From Candidatus Methylomirabilis sp. (GTDB lineage Bacteria; Methylomirabilota; Methylomirabilia; Methylomirabilales; JACPAU01): a stretch of DNA of 53,070 nucleotides. The stretch lies in NCBI GenBank assembly GCA_036000645.1, contig DASYVA010000163.1, positions 1 to 53,070 on the forward strand, given 5' to 3'. The notes below the pieces were generated by a model that saw only the letters and a program-made list of their open reading frames with translations, did not search any database and had not been told where the DNA came from. The translations under genes and the position numbers were made by a program. Shown here in pieces: positions 44,476 through 52,559 of the stretch; position 1 is the stretch's first letter; every line of letters starts with the position of its first letter.

Positions 44476-44520
44476 ATGGCGAAGAGGAAGCCCAAGAAGG
44501 CTCGGCCGAAGAAGAAGTAA
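44476..44520 (+). CDS. 14-codon Lys/Arg-rich mini-ORF (MAKRKPKKARPKKK)
   Basis: ATG is 8 nt downstream of AAGGGGGGTGA. TAA stop. Same ATGGCGAAGA..AAGAAGAAGTA frame layout as the first copy. A 9-bp GC hairpin starts 13 nt after the stop. Confidence 0.4.
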   Translation: MAKRKPKKARPKKK

Positions 44521-44533
44521 GCGGAGTCTCTGT

Positions 44534-44556
44534 GCTGGGGGGCACGTCCCCCCAGC
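44534..44556 (+). other. GC-rich RNA hairpin (9-bp stem GCTGGGGGG/CCCCCCAGC, 5-nt loop), no U-tract
   Basis: Read directly: gctggggggcacgtccccccagc. Confidence 0.6.
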
Positions 44557-44585
44557 TGGCCTCATCGGTACCCTGCTGCGCACCG

Positions 44586-44627
44586 CCGGCGGGGCCGGGC
44601 ACGGACGTCGTGGCCCGGTCCCGCCGG
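44586..44627 (+). other. long RNA hairpin (15 bp including one G-U; 44586-44600 pairs with 44613-44627)
   Basis: ccggcggggccgggc / gcccggtcccgccgg pair as read by eye. No U-tract follows. Confidence 0.5.
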
Positions 44628-44644
44628 ATCTGTCTGTGCCCGGC

Positions 44645-44665
44645 GAGACGCCGCGGTCTCTTGTT
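44645..44665 (+). terminator. weak terminator-like hairpin GAGAC-gccgcg-GTCTC followed by TTGTT
   Basis: 5-bp stem, 6-nt loop, short T-rich tail. The tail overlaps the -35 of the next promoter candidate. Confidence 0.25.
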
Positions 44666-44690
44666 CGCGCCTCGGCGGCTGTGCTATGGT
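44661..44690 (+). promoter_or_regulatory. promoter candidate TTGTTC-N18-TATGGT with TGn extension (OCD-ALDH-gcdH cluster)
   Basis: Read directly. If real, it would start transcription downstream of the mini-ORFs. Confidence 0.3.
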
Positions 44691-44788
44691 GCGAGCGATG
44701 GGTCCGCCCTGCGTTCGCCTCCCCCCTGTCCGTCCCGCGCGTGTCTCCCCGCGGGCCCTGCCCGTGCCCCGGTGGTTCCGAGGGGCTG

Positions 44789-45769
44789 ATGGTGCTCCTG
44801 CTCACCCGTGACGACCTGCAGGCCCTCTTACCGGTCCCGGAGGTCATCGGGGCCATGGGGGAGGCCTTCGCGATCCTGGCACGGGGGGAGAGCACCGTTC
44901 CGCTCCGGACGGTCCTGGAGGTCCCGGGGCGCGGGACGCTGCTCATCATGCCGGCCCGCCTCGGGAAGGCGGAGGGGGTGGGGACGAAGGTGGTGGGGGT
45001 CTTCCCGGGCAACCGGGCCGCCGGCCTTCCGGTCGTCCCCGCGCTCTACCTCCTGACCGATCCCGAGACCGGGCTCCCCCAGGCCCTGCTGGACGGCACC
45101 ACTCTCACGCTCCTCCGGACCGCTGCCACCTCCGCCCTCGCGGCCCGCCACCTGGCGCGCGCCGAGTGCCGGACGCTGGGCGTGTTCGGGGCCGGCGCGC
45201 AGGCCGCCGCGCACGTGGAGACCTTTCGGACCCTCTTCCCGCTGACCCGGGTCATCCTGAAGGGCCGGGACCCCGTGCGGGCGGCCGCCTGCGCGGCGAG
45301 GCTGGCCCGGACGGCGGGCCTGGCGGTGTCCGTCGCGGCGGACCCGGCGGAGGTGGTGCGGGAGGCCGACCTCGTGGTGACGGCGACGACGGCTCAGGCC
45401 CCACTCTTCGACGGGCACGATCTGAAGCCGGGGGCGCACGTCACGGCGGTGGGAGCGTACACCCCGCAGACCCGCGAGCTGGACACGGTCACCATCCGGC
45501 GCGCGAAGGTGGTGGTGGACACGATGCAGGGGGCCCTGGCGGAGGCCGGGGAGCTCTTGATCCCGATGGCGGAGGGGGCCATCGGCCGGGACCACATCCT
45601 GGCCGACCTGGCCGAGCTGGTGACGGGGGCACGGTCCATCCGGACCTCCCCTGAGGACATCACGGTCTTCAAGTCGGTCGGGTTCGCCCTGGAGGACCTG
45701 GCGGCGGCGCGTCTGGCCTACCGGAAGGCGCAGGCCGCCGGGCGGGGGACCCGCCTCGCGCTGGACTGA
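44789..45769 (+). CDS. ornithine cyclodeaminase / mu-crystallin family protein (cyclodeaminase or ketimine reductase)
   Basis: LLLTRDDLQALLPVPEVIGAMGEAF...LRTAATSALAARHLAR...LGVFGAGAQAAAH...VTAVGAY are OCD_Mu_crystallin hallmarks. ATG 44789 is in-frame in track ORF 44636... Confidence 0.85.
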   Translation: MVLLLTRDDLQALLPVPEVIGAMGEAFAILARGESTVPLRTVLEVPGRGTLLIMPARLGKAEGVGTKVVGVFPGNRAAGLPVVPALYLLTDPETGLPQALLDGTTLTLLRTAATSALAARHLARAECRTLGVFGAGAQAAAHVETFRTLFPLTRVILKGRDPVRAAACAARLARTAGLAVSVAADPAEVVREADLVVTATTAQAPLFDGHDLKPGAHVTAVGAYTPQTRELDTVTIRRAKVVVDTMQGALAEAGELLIPMAEGAIGRDHILADLAELVTGARSIRTSPEDITVFKSVGFALEDLAAARLAYRKAQAAGRGTRLALD

Positions 45770-45797
45770 GGCGACCCGGGAGCGCGGGAGGAGGCCC

Positions 45798-47282
45798 ATG
45801 GCCCAGGCATACAAGAACCTCATCGGCGGGAAGTGGGTCGAGGCGGCGTCGGGGCAGACCTTTGCGGACAGGAGTCCGGCCAACACGGAGGACGTGCTGG
45901 GGCACTTCCCGCGGAGCGATGCCCGCGACGTGGATGCTGCCGCGCGCGCGGCGGCGGGAGCCTTCGAGCGGTGGAGGCGGGTGCCGGCCCCCCGGCGGGC
46001 CGAGATCCTCTTCCGGGCCGGCGAGACGCTCCTCCGGCGGAAGGAGGAGCTGGCCCGGAGCATGACCCGGGAGATGGGGAAGGTCCTGAAGGAGTCGCGG
46101 GGCGACGTGCAGGAAGGCATCGACATGACGTACTACATCGCCGGCGAGGGGCGGCGCCTGACGGGGCAGACGACCCCCTCGGAGCTTCCCGACAAATGGG
46201 CCATGAGCGTCCGGGTCCCCGTGGGCGTGGTCGCCTGCATCACCCCCTGGAACTTCCCGCTGGCGATCCCCACCTGGAAGCTGGTCCCGGCCCTCGTCGC
46301 CGGGAACACGGTCATTTTCAAGCCCGCCGAGGACACCCCCCTCCTCGGCCACCTCCTGGTGGAAATCCTTCTGGAGGCCGGTCTCCCCCCCGAGGTCCTG
46401 CAACTCGTCCACGGCACGGGGGAGGAGGCAGGGGCGCCGCTGGTCCGGCATCCCCTGGTGGGCCTGGTCTCCTTCACCGGGTCCTCGGAGGTGGGGCAGG
46501 ATGTGGCGGTCGCCTGCGCGAAGGAGCACCGGCGCTGCTCCCTGGAGATGGGGGGGAAGAACTGCATTCTGGTCCTGGAGGATGCGAACCTGGAGCTGGC
46601 GGTGGATGGGGCGATCTGGGGCGGGTTCGGGACCACCGGGCAGCGGTGCACGGCGGCGAGCCGCCTCATCGTCCACGAGGCGGTCGCCCGGCAGTTCACC
46701 GACGCACTGGTCGGGCGGGCCACGCGGCTCCACCTGGGGGACGGTCTCCTCCCGGAGACGGAGGTGGGGCCGGTCGTCAACGAGGCGCAGCTCCAGCGGG
46801 TCCACCAGTACACGGAGGTCGGGCAGCGGGAGGGGGCGGCGCTGCTCTGCGGCGGCGCCTTCGCCCGGGAGGGGGCGCTCGCCAAGGGGTATTTCTACCG
46901 CCCCACCGTGTTCGCGAACGTGAAGCCCGCCATGCGGATCGCCCAGGAGGAGATCTTCGGCCCGACGGTCGCGATCCTCCCGGTCCGCTCCTTCGAGGAG
47001 GCGGTCGCGGTCGCCAACAACGTCCGCTACGGGCTCTCCACCGCGGTCTACACGCAGGACGTGAACCGGGCCTTCCGGGCGATGGGGGACCTGCAGGCGG
47101 GCATTACCTATGTGAACGCCCCCACCATCGGCGCGGAGGTTCACCTTCCCTTCGGGGGCATCAAGGCGACCGGCAACGGCCACCGGGAGGGGGGCCCGCA
47201 GGTCCTGGACATCTTCACCGAGTGGAAGACGATCTACGTGGACTACAGCGGCAAGTTGCAGCGCGCGCAGATCGACGTGTGA
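45798..47282 (+). CDS. NAD(P)-dependent aldehyde dehydrogenase, ALDH7/piperideine-6-carboxylate-dehydrogenase-like
   Basis: ITPWNFP, FKPAEDTP, SLEMGGKNC, GTTGQRCTAASRLIVHE, and C-terminal GAEVHLPFGGIKATGNGHREGG...YSGKLQRAQI. These resemble my recollection of antiquitin-type ALDHs. Confidence 0.85.
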   Translation: MAQAYKNLIGGKWVEAASGQTFADRSPANTEDVLGHFPRSDARDVDAAARAAAGAFERWRRVPAPRRAEILFRAGETLLRRKEELARSMTREMGKVLKESRGDVQEGIDMTYYIAGEGRRLTGQTTPSELPDKWAMSVRVPVGVVACITPWNFPLAIPTWKLVPALVAGNTVIFKPAEDTPLLGHLLVEILLEAGLPPEVLQLVHGTGEEAGAPLVRHPLVGLVSFTGSSEVGQDVAVACAKEHRRCSLEMGGKNCILVLEDANLELAVDGAIWGGFGTTGQRCTAASRLIVHEAVARQFTDALVGRATRLHLGDGLLPETEVGPVVNEAQLQRVHQYTEVGQREGAALLCGGAFAREGALAKGYFYRPTVFANVKPAMRIAQEEIFGPTVAILPVRSFEEAVAVANNVRYGLSTAVYTQDVNRAFRAMGDLQAGITYVNAPTIGAEVHLPFGGIKATGNGHREGGPQVLDIFTEWKTIYVDYSGKLQRAQIDV

Positions 47283-47450
47283 GGGGGCGGCGGCCCTGAA
47301 CGTACAAAAGGCGTACGCCTCCGGCCGGCCCGGGGAAAAGGGCGGCGGCTCCGAAGGCGCGCGTGATGCTCGTCATTTGGCCCGGCACCCGAGTCGGTAC
47401 GTGAGCACCTGGGACAGATCGGTGGAGTCACACTAGCGGCGGGGAGAGCC

Positions 47451-48617
47451 ATGGCCAAGTTCGCGGGGGTGGACTACTACGGCATCGAGGAACTCCTCTC
47501 CCCGGAGGAGCGGCTGATCCGGGACACGGTCCGGGACTTCGTGGAGGCGGAGGTCCTGCCGATCATTGACCAGCACAACCGTGCCGGAACCTTCCCGGTG
47601 CACCTCATTTCCCGCCTGGGGGAGCTCGGGGTGCTCGGGGCGAACCTCCAGGGGTACGGGTGTGCCGGGATCAACAATGTCGCCTACGGGCTCGCCATGC
47701 GGGAGCTGGAGCGGGGGGATTCGGCCATCCGCTCGTTCGCGTCCGTCCAGGGGCCCCTCGGCATGTACGCGCTTCACGCCTTCGGGTCGGAGGCCCAGAA
47801 GCGGCGCTGGCTCCCCGAGCTGGCGGCGGGGCGGAAGGTGGCCTGCTTCGGCCTCACGGAGCCGGACCACGGCTCGGACCCGGGAGGCATGGAGACGAAG
47901 GCGGTGCGGGCCGGCGACGGCTACGTCCTGAACGGGACCAAGCTCTGGATCACGAACGGATCCATCGCGGACGTGGCCGTCATCTGGGCTCGGGTGGAGG
48001 AGACCTTCGGGGGGTTCCTGGTGGAGCGGGGGACGCCGGGCTTCGCCGCCCGGGACATCCACGGGAAGCTCTCCATGCGCGCCTCCGTGACCTCCGAGCT
48101 GACCCTCCAGGACTGCCGCATCCCCGCCGAGGGCCGGCTTCCGGGCGCGGACGGCCTGAAGGCCCCCCTGGGTTGCCTCAACCAGGCGCGGTACGGGATC
48201 GCCTGGGGGGCGGTGGGGGCGGCCACGGCCTGCTACGACGCCGCCCTGACCTACGCGAAGGCCCGGCGCCAGTTCGGGAAGTCCATCGCGAGCTTCCAAC
48301 TGGTGCAGGACAAGCTGGTCACCATGCTGACCGAGATCACCAAGGCGCAGCTCCTCTGCCTGCAGCTCGGGCGCCTGAAGGACGCGGGGAAGCTCCGGCA
48401 CACCCAGGTCTCGTTGGCCAAGAGGAACAACGTGGAGCAGGCCCTGCGGGTCGCCCGGCTGGCGCGGGACATCCACGGGGCCAACGGGATCGTGGACGAG
48501 TACCCGGTCATGCGGCACCTCTGCAACCTGGAGACCCTGTACACCTATGAGGGGACTCACGATATCCACACCCTGATCCTGGGCCGGGACATCACGGGGA
48601 TCGCCGCCTTCGCGTGA
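47451..48617 (+). CDS. gcdH: glutaryl-CoA dehydrogenase
   Basis: CFGLTEPDHGSDPGGMET, CLNQARYGIAWGAVGAA, LQLGRLKDAGK, SLAKRNN, and NLETLYTYEGTHDIHTLILGRDITG closely follow the GCDH pattern as I recall it. Confidence 0.9.
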   Translation: MAKFAGVDYYGIEELLSPEERLIRDTVRDFVEAEVLPIIDQHNRAGTFPVHLISRLGELGVLGANLQGYGCAGINNVAYGLAMRELERGDSAIRSFASVQGPLGMYALHAFGSEAQKRRWLPELAAGRKVACFGLTEPDHGSDPGGMETKAVRAGDGYVLNGTKLWITNGSIADVAVIWARVEETFGGFLVERGTPGFAARDIHGKLSMRASVTSELTLQDCRIPAEGRLPGADGLKAPLGCLNQARYGIAWGAVGAATACYDAALTYAKARRQFGKSIASFQLVQDKLVTMLTEITKAQLLCLQLGRLKDAGKLRHTQVSLAKRNNVEQALRVARLARDIHGANGIVDEYPVMRHLCNLETLYTYEGTHDIHTLILGRDITGIAAFA

Positions 48618-48632
48618 GGGGCAAGTCCCGCC

Positions 48633-48661
48633 TTGCCTTACCCCTGACCCTGTGCTATGGA
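48633..48661 (+). promoter_or_regulatory. promoter candidate TTGCCT-N17-TATGGA with TGn extension, 5 nt before the lptC ATG
   Basis: Read directly. Confidence 0.35.
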
Positions 48662-48666
48662 AGGGC

Positions 48667-49248
48667 ATGCGACGTCGGGTTCTGGGCATCGGGCTTGCAG
48701 TTGCCGGAGTCGCCGGGGCGGGAGCGGTCCTGCTCCTGTGGGGCGTGACGGCGGGGCTGCCGCTCTCCGCTCGCCCGACCCCGTCGCCCGGCGGCCGTCC
48801 CGACCTCACCCTCGTGGGCGTCCGCGTGGTGGAGGACCGGGCGGGGGAGCGGCTCTGGGAGGCGGAGGCGGACCGCGCGACGGTCTTCGAGCGGGAGGGA
48901 CGCACCCTCCTCAGCCGGGGGGCGGAGCCGGTGCGGATTACGCTCTACAGCGACGGGCGGCGGCTCGAATCGGTCGCCGACCGGGTGGTGGTGTTGGCGG
49001 ACAGGCGGCAGGTGCTGCTCGAGGGCACCGTCACCGCGCGCTCCGACCAGGGCGTCGTCCTCCGGACGGACCACCTGACCTGGTCGGCAGATCGGCGGAC
49101 CCTGGAGACGAACGCCCCCGTCACGCTGGAGCGAGCCGGACTCACGGTCGAGGGAGAGGGGATGGAGACGGACCTGACTCTCGAGCGCCTGACGCTCAAA
49201 GTCCACCGGGGTTCCCGGGTCACCGGACGGGCAGGGGGCCGGTCGTGA
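48667..49248 (+). CDS. lptC: LPS export system protein LptC
   Basis: Single N-terminal TM followed by a beta-rich OstA-like region. Position immediately 5' of lptA-lptB supports the call. Track start GTG 48652 lies inside the predicted extended -10. Confidence 0.65.
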   Translation: MRRRVLGIGLAVAGVAGAGAVLLLWGVTAGLPLSARPTPSPGGRPDLTLVGVRVVEDRAGERLWEAEADRATVFEREGRTLLSRGAEPVRITLYSDGRRLESVADRVVVLADRRQVLLEGTVTARSDQGVVLRTDHLTWSADRRTLETNAPVTLERAGLTVEGEGMETDLTLERLTLKVHRGSRVTGRAGGRS

Positions 49249-49766
49249 AGGCGATGCTCGTGCTGGCGGCCCTGGTCCTTGGGGCCGGCGCGGCGGCGGC
49301 GGAAACCTCCTCCCCCGCTCGGGGCCCCCTCGGCCCGGCGCGGAAGGGGAGCGCCATCACCATCTCGGCCGACCGCCTGGAGGTGGACCGGAAAGCGCAC
49401 ACCGCCACCTACGCCGGTAGCGTTGTCGCGCGCGACAGCGCCCTGACCATCCTGGCCGACCGGATGGAGTTCACCTTCGACGAGGCGATGCAGGAGGTGC
49501 AGCGCGTCCGGGCGACCGGGCACGTGCGGCTCACCGAGCGCGGGGGGCGGGAGGCGACGGCGGATGCCGCCACCTACTTCGCCCGCGACGAGAAGGTGCT
49601 GCTCGAGGGGAGCGCGCGGGCCTGGCAGCAGGAGAACGTTGTCACCGGCAGCACCATCACCCTCTACCTCCGCGAGGATCGCCACGTGGTGGAGGGGGAG
49701 GGGGACGCGCGGGTCCATGCCGTCATCTACCCCAGGCGCGACCCCGGAGGTCCGCCCAGGCCCTGA
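49245..49766 (+). CDS. lptA: LPS transport periplasmic protein LptA (OstA N-terminal-like)
   Basis: Signal-like N-terminus, then [39 protein letters not shown]...ATGHVRL. GTG 49245 overlaps the lptC stop; ATG 49254 is an alternative start. Confidence 0.75.
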   Translation: MKAMLVLAALVLGAGAAAAETSSPARGPLGPARKGSAITISADRLEVDRKAHTATYAGSVVARDSALTILADRMEFTFDEAMQEVQRVRATGHVRLTERGGREATADAATYFARDEKVLLEGSARAWQQENVVTGSTITLYLREDRHVVEGEGDARVHAVIYPRRDPGGPPRP

Positions 49767-49794
49767 GGCGGTCTCCGGCGCCATCCTCCGGACC

Positions 49795-50499
49795 GTGAAC
49801 CTGGTGAAGGCGTTCCGGGGTCGGACCGTCGTGTCGGGGGTCAGCATCACGGTGGGGCCGGGCGAGGTGGTGGGCCTCCTGGGTCCCAACGGGGCCGGGA
49901 AGACTACCACCTTCTTCATGGCCCTCGGGCTCCTGCAGCCGGACCGGGGGGCGGTCTTCCTCAACGGCGAGGAGGTCACCCCCCTTCCGGTCTACCAGCG
50001 GGCGCGGCGGGGGCTGGGCTTCCTCCCCCAGGAGCCCTCCATCTTCCGGAAGCTGACGGTGGAGGAGAATCTCCTGGCGATCCTGGAGGGGCTCCCCCTC
50101 TCCCGCGAGGAGCGGCGCGAGCGCGCGGCTGCCCTCCTGCGGGAGCTGGGGATCGCGCACCTGGCCGCGCGGAAAGCGTACTCCCTCTCGGGGGGGGAGC
50201 GCCGGCGGGCCGAGATCAGCCGGTGCCTGGCCACCGACCCGAGCTGCATCCTGATGGACGAGCCGTTCGCCGGGATCGATCCCATCGCCGTGGACGAGAT
50301 CCAGGGGATCATCGCCCAGCTCCGGGCCCGCGGGATCGGGATCCTCATCACGGATCACAACGTACGGGAGACGCTGCACATCGTCGATCGGGCCGATATC
50401 ATCCACCGGGGGGAGATCCTCATCAGCGGGACCGCCCGGGAGCTGGCCGCCGACGAGCGGGCGCGCGAGATCTACCTGGGAGAGCGGTTCACCCTCTAG
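49795..50499 (+). CDS. lptB: LPS export ABC transporter ATP-binding protein LptB
   Basis: [14 protein letters not shown] Walker [12 protein letters not shown] signature, [12 protein letters not shown] Walker B, and [10 protein letters not shown]. The only canonical in-frame start after the lptA stop is GTG 49795, so the 5' end is uncertain. Confidence 0.85.
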   Translation: MNLVKAFRGRTVVSGVSITVGPGEVVGLLGPNGAGKTTTFFMALGLLQPDRGAVFLNGEEVTPLPVYQRARRGLGFLPQEPSIFRKLTVEENLLAILEGLPLSREERRERAAALLRELGIAHLAARKAYSLSGGERRRAEISRCLATDPSCILMDEPFAGIDPIAVDEIQGIIAQLRARGIGILITDHNVRETLHIVDRADIIHRGEILISGTARELAADERAREIYLGERFTL

Positions 50500-50529
50500 G
50501 CAGGGGGCGACCGGGGGACGCAGGACACG

Positions 50530-51951
50530 ATGGCACTCGAGGCCAAGCTCAGCCTCCGCCAGACGCAGCGGATGATCATGACCCAGTCGCTGCAACAGGC
50601 GATTGGGCTGCTGCAGCTCACCCGGATGGAGCTGATCCAGACGGTCCGGCAGGAGCTGGAGGAGAACCCGCTGCTCGAGGAGGAGCTGGTCGAGGCCGCC
50701 GAGGAGGTGCCGGAGACCAAAACGGAGGCCGCGGCGGAGGAGCCGGCCGAGCCCGAGCGGGAGGAGAAGCTCTCCGAGACCGATTGGGAAGCCTACCTGC
50801 AGGATGCCTCGGACTACCGGCGGGAGTTTCCGCGGGAGGAGCTGGAGCGGGCCGGCCCCGAGGAGACCATGACCCGCCCCCGGTCCCTGGCCGACCACCT
50901 CACCTTCCAGCTCTACCTCTCGACCTCCGACCCCTCCCTCATCGCCTGGGCCAACCTGATCATCGGCAACCTGGACGAGAACGGCTATCTGACCGTCCCC
51001 CTGGCGGAGCTGAACGAGGAGCCTCCCGCCGACCCCTCCGTGCCCGAGCGGGCGCTCCGGCTCGTCCAATCGTTCGACCCCGTGGGCGTGGCTGCCCGGG
51101 ATCTCGGGGAGTGCCTGCTCGTCCAGCTGGACGCCCGGGGGGCGGAGGCGCGATTAGCCCGCTGCCTCATCAGCGAGCACCTGGCGGAGCTGGAGCACCG
51201 GAACATCGCCCGCCTGGCGGACCGGCTGAAGGTCCCCCCGCGCGAGGTGCAGGTGGCGTTGGAGCTCATCGCCAGTCTCGAGCCCAAGCCCGGGCGCACC
51301 TTCAGCACCGACGAGCCCCGCTATATCACCCCCGATGTCTACATCCTGAAGGTGGACGACCGGTTCGTCGTCGTGCTGAACGAAGACGGGCTTCCCCGCC
51401 TCCGCGTCAGCGGCTACTACCGGGCCATTCTCTCCCGGCGGAGCCAGAACTCCAAGGAGACGCGCGAGTATGTCGAGGGGAAGATGCGCTCGGCCCTCTG
51501 GCTCATCCGGAGTATCGAGCAGCGGCAGCGCACCCTGTACAAGGTGACCGAGAGCATCGTGAAGTTCCAGCGACCATTCCTGGAGCAGGGGATCAGCGCC
51601 ATGCGGCCCCTCACCCTGAAGGAGGTGGCCGAGGACATCGGGATGCACGAGTCCACGGTGAGCCGGGTCACCACCAATAAGTACGTCCACTCGCCGCAGG
51701 GGCTGTTCGAGCTGAAGTACTTCTTCCACCGGGGCGTGCCGGCGACCGACGGCGGGGGGACCGTCTCCTCCCTGACGGTGAAGGAGATCGTCCGGAAGCT
51801 GCTGACGCAGGAGGACCAGGGGAAGCCCCTCAGCGATCAGAAGATCGTCGAGATCCTCCAGCAGCAGGGGGTCGAGATCGCCCGCCGGACGGTGGCCAAG
51901 TACCGCAGCCAGCTCCGGATTCCCTCCTCCAGCAAGCGGCGCCGCTACTGA
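50530..51951 (+). CDS. rpoN: RNA polymerase sigma-54 factor
   Basis: N-terminal LQQAIGLLQLTRMEL, HTH LTLKEVAEDIGMHESTVSRV, and RpoN box ARRTVAKYR. Confidence 0.95.
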   Translation: MALEAKLSLRQTQRMIMTQSLQQAIGLLQLTRMELIQTVRQELEENPLLEEELVEAAEEVPETKTEAAAEEPAEPEREEKLSETDWEAYLQDASDYRREFPREELERAGPEETMTRPRSLADHLTFQLYLSTSDPSLIAWANLIIGNLDENGYLTVPLAELNEEPPADPSVPERALRLVQSFDPVGVAARDLGECLLVQLDARGAEARLARCLISEHLAELEHRNIARLADRLKVPPREVQVALELIASLEPKPGRTFSTDEPRYITPDVYILKVDDRFVVVLNEDGLPRLRVSGYYRAILSRRSQNSKETREYVEGKMRSALWLIRSIEQRQRTLYKVTESIVKFQRPFLEQGISAMRPLTLKEVAEDIGMHESTVSRVTTNKYVHSPQGLFELKYFFHRGVPATDGGGTVSSLTVKEIVRKLLTQEDQGKPLSDQKIVEILQQQGVEIARRTVAKYRSQLRIPSSSKRRRY

Positions 51952-51965
51952 GGGGGAGGGGACCC

Positions 51966-52544
51966 ATGCAGCTCACCATCACCGGCCGGAACCTGGAGGT
52001 CACGGCGGCCCTCCGCAGCTATGCCGCGGAGAAGCTGGGGAAGCTGGAGAAGTTCCTGGATGCCATCACGGCGGCCCACGTGATGCTCTCGGTGGAGAAG
52101 TACCGGCAGATCGTCGAGGTCACTCTGCGGGTCCGAGACCTGACCGTCCGCGCGGAGGAGAGCACGCCGGACATGTACGCCTCCCTGGATCTGGTGGTGG
52201 ACAAGATCGAGCGCCAGATCTGCCGCTACAAGGAGCGCATCATCCGCCACTGGGCCCGGGGGGGGGACCGGCTGGCCGGGGGGGGCGAACGGTCCACCGG
52301 CGGGGGCGGCCTGCGCCGGGGGGCCGGCGCGGCGCTGGCGGAGGAGCCGCAGGAGGAGGCGGCGCCCCGGGTGGTGAAGGTGAAGCGGTTCGCCCTGAAG
52401 CCGGCGACCGTGGACGAGGCCATCCTCCAGATGGACCTCCTGGGGCATACCTTTTTCGTGTTCCGGAACGCCCTCAGCGGGCAGGTGAACGTCCTGTACC
52501 GGCGCCGCGACGGGCAGTACGGCCTCATCGAGCCCGAGGGCTAA
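51966..52544 (+). CDS. hpf: ribosome hibernation promoting factor, long form
   Basis: MQLTITGRNLEVTAALRSYAEKL..., a Gly/Arg-rich linker, and C-terminal KRFALKPATVDEAILQMDLLGHTFFVFRN. Confidence 0.9.
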   Translation: MQLTITGRNLEVTAALRSYAAEKLGKLEKFLDAITAAHVMLSVEKYRQIVEVTLRVRDLTVRAEESTPDMYASLDLVVDKIERQICRYKERIIRHWARGGDRLAGGGERSTGGGGLRRGAGAALAEEPQEEAAPRVVKVKRFALKPATVDEAILQMDLLGHTFFVFRNALSGQVNVLYRRRDGQYGLIEPEG

Positions 52545-52559
52545 CGATCGAGGGCGCCC

